A DNA stretch of 64,000 nt, from NCBI GenBank assembly GCA_951406725.2, contig OX597840.1, positions 7,192,001 through 7,256,000 on the forward strand. Direction: 5' to 3'. Positions 22,601-34,480 of this stretch are shown piece after piece. The notes under the pieces were generated by a model. The model made no database searches, was not told the DNA's origin, and was given only the letters and a program-made list of their open reading frames with translations. Both the position numbers and the translations under genes were made by a program. Each line of letters starts with the position of its first letter. Position 1 is the first letter of the stretch. This stretch comes from Octopus vulgaris. Its lineage: Eukaryota.

Positions 22601-25600
22601 GTAGGCCTATTCTGCTCACAGGAGGCAACTGATACATGATGGAACTCAAAGCACTGCTAAAGTATCTTGTTCCAAAGCACTAAAACTTTTGTCAATCCAT
22701 TATATTCATGTGTATGTAAATGTGCTTTGTACAAGTGTGATTAAAGCGTGATCTTGTAAGCATGACACTACTTAATCACATATTTGCAAGTAATATCACA
22801 AATGTGTTCGTGTGCTGCTATTGTCGTTTAGCATAAGATAAGCTCTGGGCATATAAATCTACCATATAAGGCATTCACTTCAATCACAACTATCCCAGCT
22901 TTTTTATTCTAGTATTTGGAAGTGCATTACCCCTGGTGACAGGGATAGGCAGATGTGGCCGTTATCTTTAGTAGGTCATACAACTATGGAGACTCCAATA
23001 TTGGCTCAAGTTTGTGAGTGTTTTGTTATTGGATACCACTACTTTTAATACTTCTCATACAATGCAACAAAACAGAAAAAACAAGCTACAGAAAGTGAGT
23101 ATCACAGAAAATGAAACAAATAGTAAGGCACTAGAAACTATGCGATTAGAGTTCTCATTGGTCATTTGACCAGCTAGAAATGTCATGTATCTAAGAGTCA
23201 GTTGCATGAACAAATGGTTTTCTTTCTCTCCAAACATTGCTCATTCACTAACCACTTTACATACCATATAAGGTGCATTTTATTGTAGCACCAGCACCAG
23301 CAGAATATATAGGGCTGAAGTGGGGGGAGGGGGTAAAAATGAAAGATTATGTGATAGGAGAAACCAATTCGTGTGAGGAGAGTGTAAGCGGCAGAAATGG
23401 AAGATAGTGTTGTAAGGAGTAAGAAGGAACAGTAACTACAAAGAATAGTGGAAGAGAACATGCGGAGACTGAAAATGGTCAATGGTATAACTGTCATCAA
23501 TATGAACTTGGCAGAGGAGGAGGTGGGCTGGAATTGAGGATAAAGATGGTAATGTTAAAAGAGTGATCCAAGTGAAGTAGTGACAAGCAGTACAGAGGAT
23601 AAGACTATGGACATCTATGTCTGCAAATTGGAGAACATGCTATGCTTGGGGTTGTATTGGATGTCATACAGCTGATGTAAACCTTTGGTACACAGTGGGT
23701 ATTATTAGTAACATACAATTCAATACACTATCTCAAGATACAAGCAGTGGTTGACAGGGTTATTGAATATAGACAGGTGTAATGTTTTTTTCTAAATTCA
23801 TGGCACCATAAACAGAAAAGACAGGTGAGGTGATAATGAATAAGCAAAACAGCCAATAACAAATTCTCTCTGTTTAATGCTGTATATATCCTACTTATCC
23901 TGTTGTTCATTTGTGCAACTAATGCACTTAAGTTCAATTCATTTCTTTGTAACATTCTCAAATCCTCTGCACTCAAGGACCACACATTAAACTTAGCATA
24001 CAAAAGCATCATATACCCTGCCCTTCACTCCTAGAAAAAAAAGCTTTTGTTGTCAGCAAAGGTAATAATTCTTTCAAGCTTCTCCAACCAGCTTTACTTG
24101 AGCACATTTCCAGAACACCCACCCATAACTGCTAAGTGGATTATTGTCTGCACATGTTAGTGTACGACTACCCTACGACTGAACCTCAAATTATTAAAGA
24201 CAAGGGTTGACCATAGAAACATATAAACAAACTTAAGTGATCCAATGCTCTGATGATGGCAAATAAACATTGTTTACACTTATAAACAAATTCACACGTA
24301 CATATGACAGTGCATAACATGTATAAAGTGGCACAAATAATATAACGAATTTAGCGTGGGGAAGTGGAATATCCAAAGTTTCGGTCAGAGGCCTTCTTCA
24401 GAATTAGGATAACAGGAGTGGAGAGGAAAGACAACAGTTTTACATCCTCTACGTGAGAGGATGTAAAATTTGTTGTCTTTCCTTTCCCCCGCTTCCTGTC
24501 GTCCCAAACCGAAGGAATATCTCTTAGCAAAGTTCATTACATTTTTTTCCATATAAGTATTGCTGACACAGACCACTAACAGTCTCTTCGAAGTCTATCT
24601 TAAACATGCAAACACACGCAATTAAACATGTACATACATACATATACTGATATACACGTTTTACGAAGCTTGTAAAGTCGTCGGATATTGGCCTTGAGGC
24701 CAATCAATTTATCGAATAGTACTGGGTTCGTGTCGAGGGACTGCCTTGTTCCTGACAAACCTAAGGTATATTCGATCTTATGCGTGTCTACACACAAATA
24801 TAGTACGTGGGAAAATGAAACCCCGTTTTATGTATTTCTACTGAAAGCAATAATCACACTAGATCATTTATTTTCTCAAGACACTTCCGAACTTGAGCAC
24901 CTCTTCCTTATTACCTTGCATTTCAAATTAAAAAACATACCTAGAATATGCATAACTAATTTTTTCAGTCATTTAACTGCGGCCATGCTGGAGCAACGCC
25001 TTTAGTCGAAGAAATCAACTACAATACTTTGAGCTTACTTATTCTATCGGCTCTTCTTGCCGAACCGCAAATTAACGAGTACGTAAACAAACCAACGGTA
25101 CTACTTAAGAGTGGTCCCGGAGCGCACACTCGCGTAAGCTAGTCGTGACTAGTCGATCCTTACTTTGTGTTTTTGTTTTATTTACTTTGTTTTAAAAAAA
25201 TGATTTACTCTTTTTTTACGTTTTATTGTTTTAAAAAATTATTTACTTTGTGTTTTATTTACTTTGCTAGGTAGTCGTAGGATCGACTAGTCACGACTAG
25301 CTAGCGCGGATGCGCGAGCGCGCACACCAGGACAACTCTTCTTACGTAGTACCCACACCAACATCATTTGTCAAGACACAAATACATACATATACATACA
25401 CGACGGGCTTCTGTAACAGTTTCCGTCTACTAAATCCACTCACAAGGCCTTGGTCGACCCGAGGCTATAGAAAACACTCGTTAAATGTCATTGCAGATTT
25501 CTTTTAATTAATTGAACGGACGGACGGACAGACAGCGTTAACCCCGTCGGATCATATCTTAAAATTTATTCAGCCATTGTCATGTTCAACAAAGTACACA

Positions 25601-26018
25601 ATCAAGAGAAGGTTAACCGTACACCTGAAAGATAAGTTTCTAATAGCTAAAATTTAAGCTGATAATCACCGAGTTTATTTAACTCGGCACACCTAAGTAT
25701 TTCTAGTTTTTTTAATAATGCATTGGATGTTAGCACTAACCTTAACTTTAATCTCATAGTTACATCAACACTACATATTAAAAAGCTTTATATATATATA
25801 TATATATCTTTACTGTCCAGAAGGGGCAAAACATAGAGAGGACAAACAAGGACAGACGAAGGGATTGAGTCGTTTATATCGCCCCCAGAGCGAAACTGGT
25901 ACTTTATTTATCGACTCCGAAAGGATGAAAGGCAAAGTTGACCTCGGCGGAATTTATAACTCAGAACGTAACGACTGCTCTATAACTTACAGCGTGCTAC
26001 TACAAACGAAACATTGCC

Positions 26019-26063
<45 letters not shown>

Positions 26064-29000
26064 TAGATAAACCAGGAGCAAGAACTACAATTTAACTTCA
26101 ATCACTGAACTTATGACCAGCCACGTGCATAGTTCGTAGAATGTTCTGAGTGGGATAAATTTGGGTTTGGCTTTGTACTTATTCATGTCGCCATCACCCA
26201 CTTACGTTTTAGTTTTGTCTATATATCGGATGTCATGTTTCGAAATGACTATTCATTTTGCATATACTTTAATGTGTGTATGTTATAAGAAACGTTTTCC
26301 TTTTTACAATGTAGCTTCAAAAAAAAAATTAAGCTGTTCAATTAATTAAAAGAAATATCTGCAATGACATTTAACGAGTGACATTTAAGCACTGACAAAG
26401 CTTACTCGGAATAACCAAGTCTTATTTTTGTATTTCCTCAAATTGTCTTAGCATTATCCAATGAAGAAATCATCATCGTTTAAAGTCCGTTTTCCATGCT
26501 AGCGTCGGTTGGACGGTTCGACCAGGATCCGGGAAGCCAGGAGGCTGCACCAGGCACCTGTGATCTGGCAGTGTTTCTACAGCTGGATGCCCTTCCTAAC
26601 GCCAGCTGCTCCGTAAGTGTAGTGGGTGCCTTTTACGTGCCACCGGCACGGGTAACACAACTACAATTTCCATTTGATTTGGGATCGGCACTTCACACAT
26701 CTCTCCTAATCCATCAGTAAGTACATGACCATACCAACGCAAACGTCTCTCCTGCACGCCACATCCGATACTTCTTATGTCCAACATTTCACACTACACA
26801 TCCAGCGGATCATGCTAGCTTCATTTCTATCGAGCCTACGCATGTCCTCCGCAGTCGCGACCCATGTTTCACTGCCGTGAAGCATGGCGAGAGACCCTTT
26901 GTCGCCAGTAGAGGAAGAAGCTTTCTAAATTTGCCCAGGCTATTCTTATTCTAGTGGTAACACTCTCTGAGCATCCACCCCCACTACTAACTTGGTCACC
27001 TAGGTTGTTGAAGCTATCAACTACTTCTAGTTTCTTCCCCTGGAGTATGATGGAATCTTTTCTGTACCTAAAACCAAAAATCGCCGAGTAAACCTATAAA
27101 GGAGTCTGCCTGTCGCCTCTCTGACCTTCCCAGGAGCAAGATGCTTCTTTATCGTGTTGTAGCAACTTTCAACAAATAGTTGAAAACATGTTGCCTCCTA
27201 TTCTCACCTCAGCACATTGGCTTCCTTGGAAATTTTAAAACAAGTTAAAAAAAACGGGCTTAAGTAGCGAGAGAAGAGATTGTGCAAAATCAATATATTT
27301 AGCTACCTCTAAAAACCACTAACATCAAAAGATACCCGTCTCCCCCGACGCCTTTCAAAATCTGTGAATATACTTCGATAATTTGGTAATGGTTGTTAGC
27401 TTCAAGGACCAAGCCGAATGGCTCCAATCTCCAAAAAAGTCTTAGAAAATGAAACCACGAATGACAAAGTTATTTGTTAATTCAATAGAATAATAATATT
27501 AAAAAAACTATCAGTTTCATGTTTTAATATCCAATATAGCTTTATGTAGGATATTCCAAGTGCAAGTTATTTTTAACCCAAATCTAGGTTTTAAAAATTT
27601 CAAACAAAGGTTTCATTTAAAATAAAAACCTGAAATAGAACGTGTACTTAAGCATACACACACACACGCAATCTGAAATCAATATCTGAATGCTATCTTT
27701 AAGGTTGATCGAGTAATGTCTGAAGAAGTAAGCCAACATATCTGCCTCGTTCTTCAATTTAGATAACAAGTAGGACACAATGTCACGCCGGATATTTCTG
27801 TCGGCGTGCCTCTTTCGGAGACGGAATTTATTTATACGACCCAACGGGGAAAAAATCGTTACAGTTAAATATCAATTATTTCCGTTTTGCACCCTGCCAC
27901 CTTTAAAAAATCGAGCCGACATTAGACTGTGTAGTAGTACAACAGTGGTCCCGGTGCGCGCACACACGTACTCGCGCATCCGCGCTAGCTAGTCATGACT
28001 AGTTGATCCTTACTTTGTTTTTTTACTGTTTAAAAAATTATTTACTTTGTGTTTTTGTGTTTTATTTACCTTGTTTAACAAAAATTATTTAATTTGTGTA
28101 AAATAAATTATTTATTTTGTGTTTTATTTATTTTGCTAGGTAGTCGTTGTAGGATCGACTAGTCACGACTAGCTAGCGCGGATGCGCGACTATGCGAGTG
28201 CGCGCACCGGGACCACTGTTCTCAAGTAGTACCCAACAGTCGCTATGTACTGTCCTCAAGTAGTACCCAAAAGTCGCTATGTGAGACGAATTGAATCAAA
28301 CACTTTTACCGGTTTACCATAGCAGCACCGACAAGGAGCTAATAATATATTAAAAGAACATACTTCCTCAATACTACTCGTCTCTTTTACAAGCTACTGC
28401 TAAAATTTACAAACATCTACGTCCTACAAAAACAACTCGTATCTATCTGTCTTGTTCAACTGCGCCTTTGTATATTATAATTCCTCCAACACCACCACCA
28501 CAGGCTGATATAGTCTAGAGTCCCCATCACCACCACCAACTGATGCAATATAATCTGAACATTTCGAGGCGAACTTTTGTCTATCATTTCACACACATAC
28601 ACATAACAGACATTTCGTTAATTCGACCCCATATCAGGATGAAATATATAATCAGTAGATTTTATACTGACGGACTAACCACTAAATGTTCTATATATCG
28701 TATATCAGTTGGTGCAAACAAGGTAATAAGTCTAACAAGAAGACAATAGTTTTCCCCAAGTTAGTTTAATTAACCTTGACCGATATTAAATAGTGCAATG
28801 TCTAGATTACTAATGCTAAATAATTATCATCGTCGCTTTTGGAATCACCTAATGTACACTCAGATGTACGTAGGCCGTAAAAATAAATAGAAAAACTCGA
28901 ATGGAAATGAAAACGTTTGACATAATGAAACTGTAGAAAATAATCCAATATGGCTCCACGTTGCCGAGAAAAACTAGTTGAGAGCGAGCGTGGCGTCTTG

Positions 29001-30403
29001 AGTGGAGGCGTTGAGTGTGAGTGGAGTGGAGTGAGGGATGTCGGTTTTTATAATCGGGGAGAAATTCCGCTTAAACTGATTCGATGTACCACAATTTGAG
29101 GCAGTATCGAGTAACTACATACATAAATATATATATAATAGCTATGTTATACACACACATGCATATAATTTCCAGCTATATATATATATATATGTGTGTG
29201 TGTGCTTTACGCAGAGAGAGAGAGTGAAGGGGGAGGAGAAGAGAAAATGTAGGATAATGGCGAAGGGGAGGAGGGAGTAATGGAGTCAAGAAAGGAGGAG
29301 GAGGAGGAGAAAAGAGGTTCCTTTGTTACTCTCGAGTTAAACTAGGACAAGCTTGAGTTTACTTCGTAAAATTTCTTTATAAACTACATTTTTACACTAT
29401 TTCTACAAGCAGTATTAAATAAAAATTTACACACACACACATTCGTGTGTATACATATTTCATCGAAAATTATTTTGTAAGAAGCAAAGTATGAAATATA
29501 TTCGAGCCAGGCTTTTGTAAACTGTCTGCTTCCAACAGGCATGACTAATGATTCTGTGAGATACATGTTGGGTCTCTCTCACAATAGTAAAATCTAGAAA
29601 AACGAATCTGTTTACTACTACTTACTATTTGTAGTAGTAACTATGTAACACAGAAACTAGACCCGTGTAACAACGAAAGCTGTGTGTATGTATATACCTA
29701 CAATAGCTGTCTATTTGATTCAAGACATTTGAATATCTGAGGTCGGTGATAAAAAGGGGAAAATGGCAGATATGTTTTACATACAATCAGAAGCTTTATT
29801 TCATATAACTGCCTGCCTTTTCATAGCACAGAACTGGGCTAGTCCACATTTTCTCCTTAAATTTACATTTCATGTGGAGTTGAATTACTTCCACATGTGA
29901 CAGCTCAAGTTCTGTGGGTTCAATAAGATGACGACAGCACATTTTTTAACACCAGCCTTTCTTGAAAAGGGTTACCCAAACCCCATATCTTCGCACTTTC
30001 TTTATTTTGCTTGTGTGAACCAGACATGTAAGCCGATTCAGACAGAAACTGACTCCCCAGCTAAATAAAGTAACCGAATGGTTGGTTCTTCAATGAGCAT
30101 GTATGAATGAAAGGAAGGGTTTAATCTCGGCGGGATTTGAAACCGTAATGCAGTGAACCGAATCAGAACAAAATGCCAGGGAACCAACCATCCATCCATC
30201 CGATTGTCAATTCGCCAACTTGTGAAACACAAGACACACGCACGCAAGCACGAAATCACACAACCAGAGAATAAAAAGTATATATATATATATATAACAT
30301 ACAAATAGTAAAATTTAAGAGGATTATGCATAAACTTTATTCAGATGAGAAATCTATGCCAAAATAAATGTCTAACAACTCCTCCTCTATAATAAATAAA
30401 TAA

Positions 30404-30440
<37 letters not shown>

Positions 30441-33400
30441 TATATGCTGTAATATATTGTTTGGAGTCGACAATTCAGTCATTGCTACTCAGAATTTCTC
30501 GATTTATAACCGCATTCGTAGTAGCAATGGACTAAGTCCTCCTTGGCTCTCTTCAAACGACATTTTTATTTGAAGCACTGCGGCAGATATAAAATAACAT
30601 GGCGCAGTTTTATAAGAGCCAACCAGACCGGTCGTACATGGATGGTATTGAGTTTAAATACCATGTTCTATGTAATGTTTTTTTTTTTAAATAAAGTGGA
30701 TGGGCAAGACTGGAACGGCTTTGGATTCGAAATTTGTGGATCTAAACCAAGGTTTCTAACACATGTGGTTTACAAGTCCACATATTGATGAGGAGGTGGT
30801 GGTTATGGTTGGGTACGCCGATTTTAATTAACATCCAGCTTTTTAATTAGCTCTGAAAATTTTCGACAAGGAAGGGATGGAATCAAAGATGGACTTAGGC
30901 AGGATATGAGGATGCAATGTGAGGATATTCTTGTCTGATGAATGCATATTCGAGTCACTCAAGTCGGAAAAAAAAAAGGGGGGGGGGCTAATTCCAAGTC
31001 AGTTCTGGTCAAATGAATCTGCATTAGTGCCCGATCAATAGTTAATCCAGGCGTGACCATCCTCCATTTCTTTGTCTGTCTGTGTCTCTCTCGAACATCC
31101 AGTGCAACCATCCTGCTTTCAAAAGACAATAACTGTGGGTGACTTAGATTGCTATTTCCTTTGAGTCACCCAAAGAGGAAGTATCACGTTGGCACCGGAG
31201 GAGGAAAGCGGAACCAACTGACAAAATCAAAAAAAATCGAAATAGCCCCTTGTCAATTAATAATTGGCGGGAGAGAGAACGAGAAATCCGACATGTGGCC
31301 TTAAAACCTTTTCCCCTAAAACTAACTATTTAGATCGAACAAAAATTCGTTCAACACTTTAATAATTCTGAAACATAATTTTTTTAAAGATCTATTTTCA
31401 AACTGTTCCCATTATTGAGTGAAAAAAAAAAAGATTAGGTAGTATGGTCCCTCGATTTACTAAAAACCAGTAGTCGAAATCTTCCTCGAGGTTTTCAAAA
31501 AAAAACTGTTTCTAATATTCGCACAAGGCCAGCAATTTTGAGAGAAGATTTAGTCGATAACATCAACCCTAGTATTCAACTGGTATTTACTTTCGATCTC
31601 CTAAAGAAATGGAAGGTATATATAGTCAAACTGGGCAGAATTTCAATTCACAACATAAAGGAGCCAGTATAAAGGCCGCTTAAAATAATGTAGTCCTTTT
31701 TTTTTAGATAAAGGCCCGCCAGTAGATGTCTCCACTGAGATTGACCTGAAGCCTAAAACGGTTAAAAAGGTGCCCTCGATTCAAAGGGTCCTTAATTCAA
31801 ATCCATCTATCACCCACCATATTTTAACGGCCATTGTTGGTTTAATCCCCCAAGACCCGAATTTTTTTTTGGGGGGTTTTTTTTTTTTGTTAATTAGAGC
31901 GATTTTCTCTTCTTCCTTAATTGATTTTTACGGCGTATAATTAGCACGTTTTAACCTCCACCACACTTACACACATATTAAAGGACTCAATATGAATTTA
32001 GGAGCGTAAAAGCGAAGACAACCATCCTTATCTAGATGTTAGTTTTTGAATATATTAGGAAACAGGTTATGCTGTCACCCGATCTGTGCTAGAAATAAGT
32101 CCAAATTTTCCTAACATTTTAAAAATAAGACGGAGATTTAATCATGAAAAGATTTTATATATTTTAACGAAAGAAAGAGGTCACAATGTCAATCGACTAG
32201 CCAGATATAAATCATATCTTCCTCAAACTTTTTTTTCTTTTTAATAAGAGGGACATTTTATACTGTAGTCCTACATAAAAGCCATGAAAATAAAAGGGAT
32301 GGTCATGGCCGTAGATGTTTGCTAAATCCGAGTTAACCCAAGGGTAAAATACACATTATACATACATATATATATATATATGCGGAAATTCAAAAATCTT
32401 TTCACATTTAAAGGGACTTCTGAATTAGGTCCCTACACACACACATACATACATACATATATGGCATAATTACAATATAGTGCCCCCCTCCTATCCGATA
32501 CAGTTTCCTCATGATCTTATGAGAAACAGAGATAGATTACGATTTGTGTCGAGAAAAATTTACAAATATTTTCTGGAGGAATTTCATCATTCCATCCTAC
32601 TCCTTTGTTAAGCAAAAATTTGTAATTTGTATTAACGTCTATGTAATCTACACTCTAGAAAATATTTCTGCAAAATTTCGATGAGAAAAAATAATCAGCA
32701 TTGAAAAGAATTAGGAAACAAAATCAAAAAGGTTATTATTAACTTCGGATCTTTTTTTTTTCTAAATTTTTACCAACGTGATCAACATTCTTGAGTGAGA
32801 AGTGTATCTTTACAAAGTTTTATTGAAAATTTATGCAATTTTTCAGGAAGCTGAAGAGAATTTTGCGTGGAGACAAACCAGTTTATGACTTATGAGGAAT
32901 GAAATTTTTCCTTAATATTATCTATAACCTTGAGATAATTATATTTCAGGAAATTTTCAATGAAAATAAAATATCATTTTTCAGGAAATTGCAAATATGT
33001 GGGGAAAATTTGTAGGTTCTTAAACTATAGCTATGTCATATACAAAAAGTGGGGTAAAAATGACAATTCTTCCTTAATAACAAGTAATCGACACGATCAA
33101 AATTATATATTTTTTTAAATTTCACTGGAAACATGTATTTTTTTAGTAAATTATGAAAAATTAACGTGCGGCACTCTAATGTCGCAATACCTCTTCTATA
33201 TATAACTCGAGGTGGTCAGCAAAAATGATAAATTATAATTTATCTAAGTTATTGAAAACATATCTCGGCAAAATTTTCAGTGAAAAATATTTTGTATTGC
33301 TCAGGAAATTATAGGGGAGAGGGGAAAAAACTGCGTGGGGCCCTAAAGTGTAGTTATGCCGTATATATAACATGGCTACATCCGTAAAGGAAAAAAATGG

Positions 33401-33868
33401 AATACTCACCAGTCGGATAAATCCAAAACCTTTGCTAGCATTAACGTAGACTTCGGAGATCTCTCCATAAGGTTGGAAGAGCTTTCGAAAGTCTTCTTCT
33501 GTGATGTCAGGTGTGAGATTACCAACGAATAAACGACATCTTCCCGTGAATTTCTTTTCGTCTCTTGTCGACAAGGCCGCCGCACTGGCAGCCGACAGAC
33601 CGGAGACGTCGCCTTTGCCTTCCTGGAGGTTTCCACCACCACCACCTTGGCTGTTGTGTTGTTGATGTTGCTGGTGATGTTGGTGGGACTTGCTGCCAGA
33701 ATGTAAAGATCTTTCGTTCGACGATTTGCCTTTGTCGTTACTCGAACCCGTGTTGCCGCCTCCGCCTCCGCGGGAATTCGGCGACATCATCTCCTGTTTG
33801 ATGCTATCGGGCTTGTTCTTGCCCGGGTTGTTGTCGGTTTGTTTGCCCTTATTAAAGCCTCCAGCCAT
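10255..33868 (-). CDS. NONO: DBHS-family RNA-binding protein gene (NONO/SFPQ/PSPC1 co-orthologue, nonA/hrp65-like), spliced CDS of 10 exons, about 664 aa (653 aa without the micro-exon)
   Basis: Exons join in frame with canonical splice signals. RRM1 (RLFVGNL...GFGFIRL), RRM2 (ALKVKNL...GEGIVEF), NOPS (PRPVTVEP...[13 protein letters not shown]), R/E/Q coiled coil, C-terminal KRMRRY*. The symbol is a family-level label, not a 1:1 orthology claim. Confidence 0.96.
10700..11050. repeat. Degenerate AT-only low-complexity tract
   Basis: About 350 bp of (TA)n/TAAATATAT variants just upstream of the terminal exon acceptor. Confidence 0.9.
12100..13635 (+). mobile_element. Decayed Tc1/mariner-superfamily element (maT/rosa-like), interrupted by a palindromic repeat
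   Basis: TIR-like ends ggtgtcccaaaaactgtatacacac / gtgtgtatacattttt..gggataccc; internal [12 protein letters not shown] (QQDGAPPH motif) at ~12725. Confidence 0.7.
12961..13398. mobile_element. Head-to-head inverted pair of a tRNA-headed repeat carrying a hammerhead-like motif
   Basis: About 215-bp imperfect arms centred on cat|atg at 13173/13174; head ggcgtagtggttaagagcgcgggctactaacccc; CTGATGA-stem-(G)AAAC. Confidence 0.75.
14895..14915 (-). other. Candidate 17/21-nt alternative micro-exon in the last intron
   Basis: tttttccctacccccacttcag|TTAG|GGTTATAGTATTGTGAC|gtaagc. Confidence 0.4.
15397..15429 (-). CDS. NONO: DBHS gene 33-nt in-frame micro-exon (exon 9, possibly a cassette exon)
   Basis: tttaactgtatccttttag|GTT AAA ATG AAT CAA AGT GTC CCC AAC AGA ATG|gtaagt = [11 protein letters not shown]; phase 0/0, no stop. 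Confidence 0.78.
15550..15708 (-). CDS. NONO: DBHS gene exon 8 (Gly/Met/Asn-rich low complexity)
   Basis: ttttgtag|ATG ACT GGT: [53 protein letters not shown]; donor ATG|gtaaat; 159 nt. Confidence 0.92.
15847..15972 (-). CDS. NONO: DBHS gene exon 7 (Pro-rich)
   Basis: ctctgtag|GGT GGT AGT: [42 protein letters not shown]; donor CAG|gtaaat; 126 nt. Confidence 0.92.
16551..16692 (-). CDS. NONO: DBHS gene exon 6 (coiled-coil end) with GC donor
   Basis: aaacag|G CGC CAG: [47 protein letters not shown]; donor CAG|GCAAGT gives the phase 0 required by exon 7. Confidence 0.9.
16814..16901 (-). CDS. NONO: DBHS gene exon 5 (coiled coil)
   Basis: Acceptor ctttcccttaag|AC (an AAG acceptor): [29 protein letters not shown]; donor AG|gtaaat; 88 nt. 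Confidence 0.93.
17080..17276 (-). CDS. NONO: DBHS gene exon 4 (NOPS C-terminal part, start of coiled coil)
   Basis: aacag|G GAC AGA: [31 protein letters not shown]...EMIRQ; donor G|gtatgt; 197 nt. Confidence 0.95.
17368..17463 (-). CDS. NONO: DBHS gene exon 3 (NOPS, N-terminal part)
   Basis: aatag|T GCT CCA CGT: [31 protein letters not shown]; donor AA|gtgagt; 96 nt, phase 2 to 2. Confidence 0.95.
17558..17859 (-). CDS. NONO: DBHS gene exon 2 (end of RRM1, RRM2)
   Basis: Acceptor ttttctgtag|GAT TAT CGT ([21 protein letters not shown]...EGVFLLS); donor TC|gtaagt; 302 nt. Confidence 0.96.
19247..19583 (-). mobile_element. Non-autonomous Helitron/Helentron-like element
   Basis: Minus strand starts ATCTTTATATATAAAA and ends with hairpin CCCGAGCAATGCCGGG followed by CTAGT. 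Confidence 0.7.
24958..25470 (-). mobile_element. SINE family A (minus strand), interrupted by a MITE and 5'-truncated
   Basis: ttcagtcatttaactgcggccatgctggagc... and ...aaatccactcacaaggccttggtcgacccgaggctatag. Confidence 0.8.
25097..25353. mobile_element. MITE with GGTACTAC TIRs and 9-bp TSD, inserted in a SINE
   Basis: Long imperfect TIRs (ggtactac...ctagtcgtgactagtcgatcct); TSD caaaccaac/cacaccaac. Confidence 0.85.
26471..27065 (-). mobile_element. RTE-clade LINE 3' fragment
   Basis: Minus-strand remnants [23 protein letters not shown] and [11 protein letters not shown]; 3' UTR ending in a (GAT)n tail. Confidence 0.8.
27941..28233. mobile_element. Second copy of the GGTACTAC MITE (left tip deleted; 34-bp tandem duplication at right end)
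   Basis: Same TIR and T-rich core as 25097-25353; 28215-28248 is repeated at 28249-28282. Confidence 0.85.
28945..29070 (-). promoter_or_regulatory. Candidate internal TATA promoter in intron 1
   Basis: TATAAAAA at 29052-29045 (minus), pyrimidine-rich CA/TCA initiator-like sequence about 30 nt downstream, CpG-rich, GCCATATT YY1-like motif at ~28947-28954. Confidence 0.45.
33410..33868 (-). CDS. NONO: DBHS gene exon 1 coding part (low-complexity N-terminus plus most of RRM1)
   Basis: MAGGFNKG...[15 protein letters not shown]...KGFGFIRL, then donor CTG|GTGAGT; 459 nt, phase 0. Confidence 0.95.
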
Positions 33869-34124
33869 ACCGCCGCTGTTAGCCTGTCTATTCCGTTTGG
33901 GAAAAATCGTGAAGCCTTTGTGGTACCGATTATAAATAAAAGTCCAGGTATATATATGTATATATACCTCTTAGAAAACCTTTTGGGGGGTTTCTGAATG
34001 TTCTAAAAAAATACTAATAAAAATCCTTCTCTTTCTACTGATAAAGAGAACTAGAGAAAGAGAAGAACGTGTCCAAAGTGCGTCCTTCTTGCCCTTCTCT
34101 TATTCTCTCTCTAACACACAATTA

Positions 34125-34480
34125 CTCAATATGGCGACCCTTCTTCACTGAGAAAATATTTATGTACCACGTGCTCTTCCCCATTCGCGCGAACTCCCGT
34201 CTAAATCTCGCACTCGACTAACATGGATCGTTTTCCGTTTTTTTTTTTTTTGTTCTTTCTTTTTATTATAAAAATTATTAAAAATAAAGGCAATGAATTA
34301 AAATCGAAAATATAAATTGATTGTCGTTGTTTTATTTTTTCGGGTTCGTTATTTTTCAGTCAATTTCGTTCGTGTGAAATAATTTGGAAATGCTGCAGCT
34401 TCACAAGTTTTTTTTTAACTTGTCGGCTGCAAAAACGAGATAACCAATTTTCGAACATGGCGCTCCTTCTGACGTCACGA
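34125..34480 (-). promoter_or_regulatory. Promoter region of the DBHS gene
   Basis: CpG-retaining region about 260-600 bp above the ATG. YY1-type motifs (AATATGGCG ~34128, AACATGGCG 34454-34462), Inr-like TCAGT (34147-34151, minus), E-box CACGTG 34168-34173, palindrome TTCGCGCGAA 34184-34193, CCAAT 34444, full CRE TGACGTCA 34470-34477. Confidence 0.7.

Noticed and set aside
33565-33935. Plus-strand ORFs over exon 1
   Set aside because: Antisense shadows of GC-rich coding sequence; no independent gene signals.
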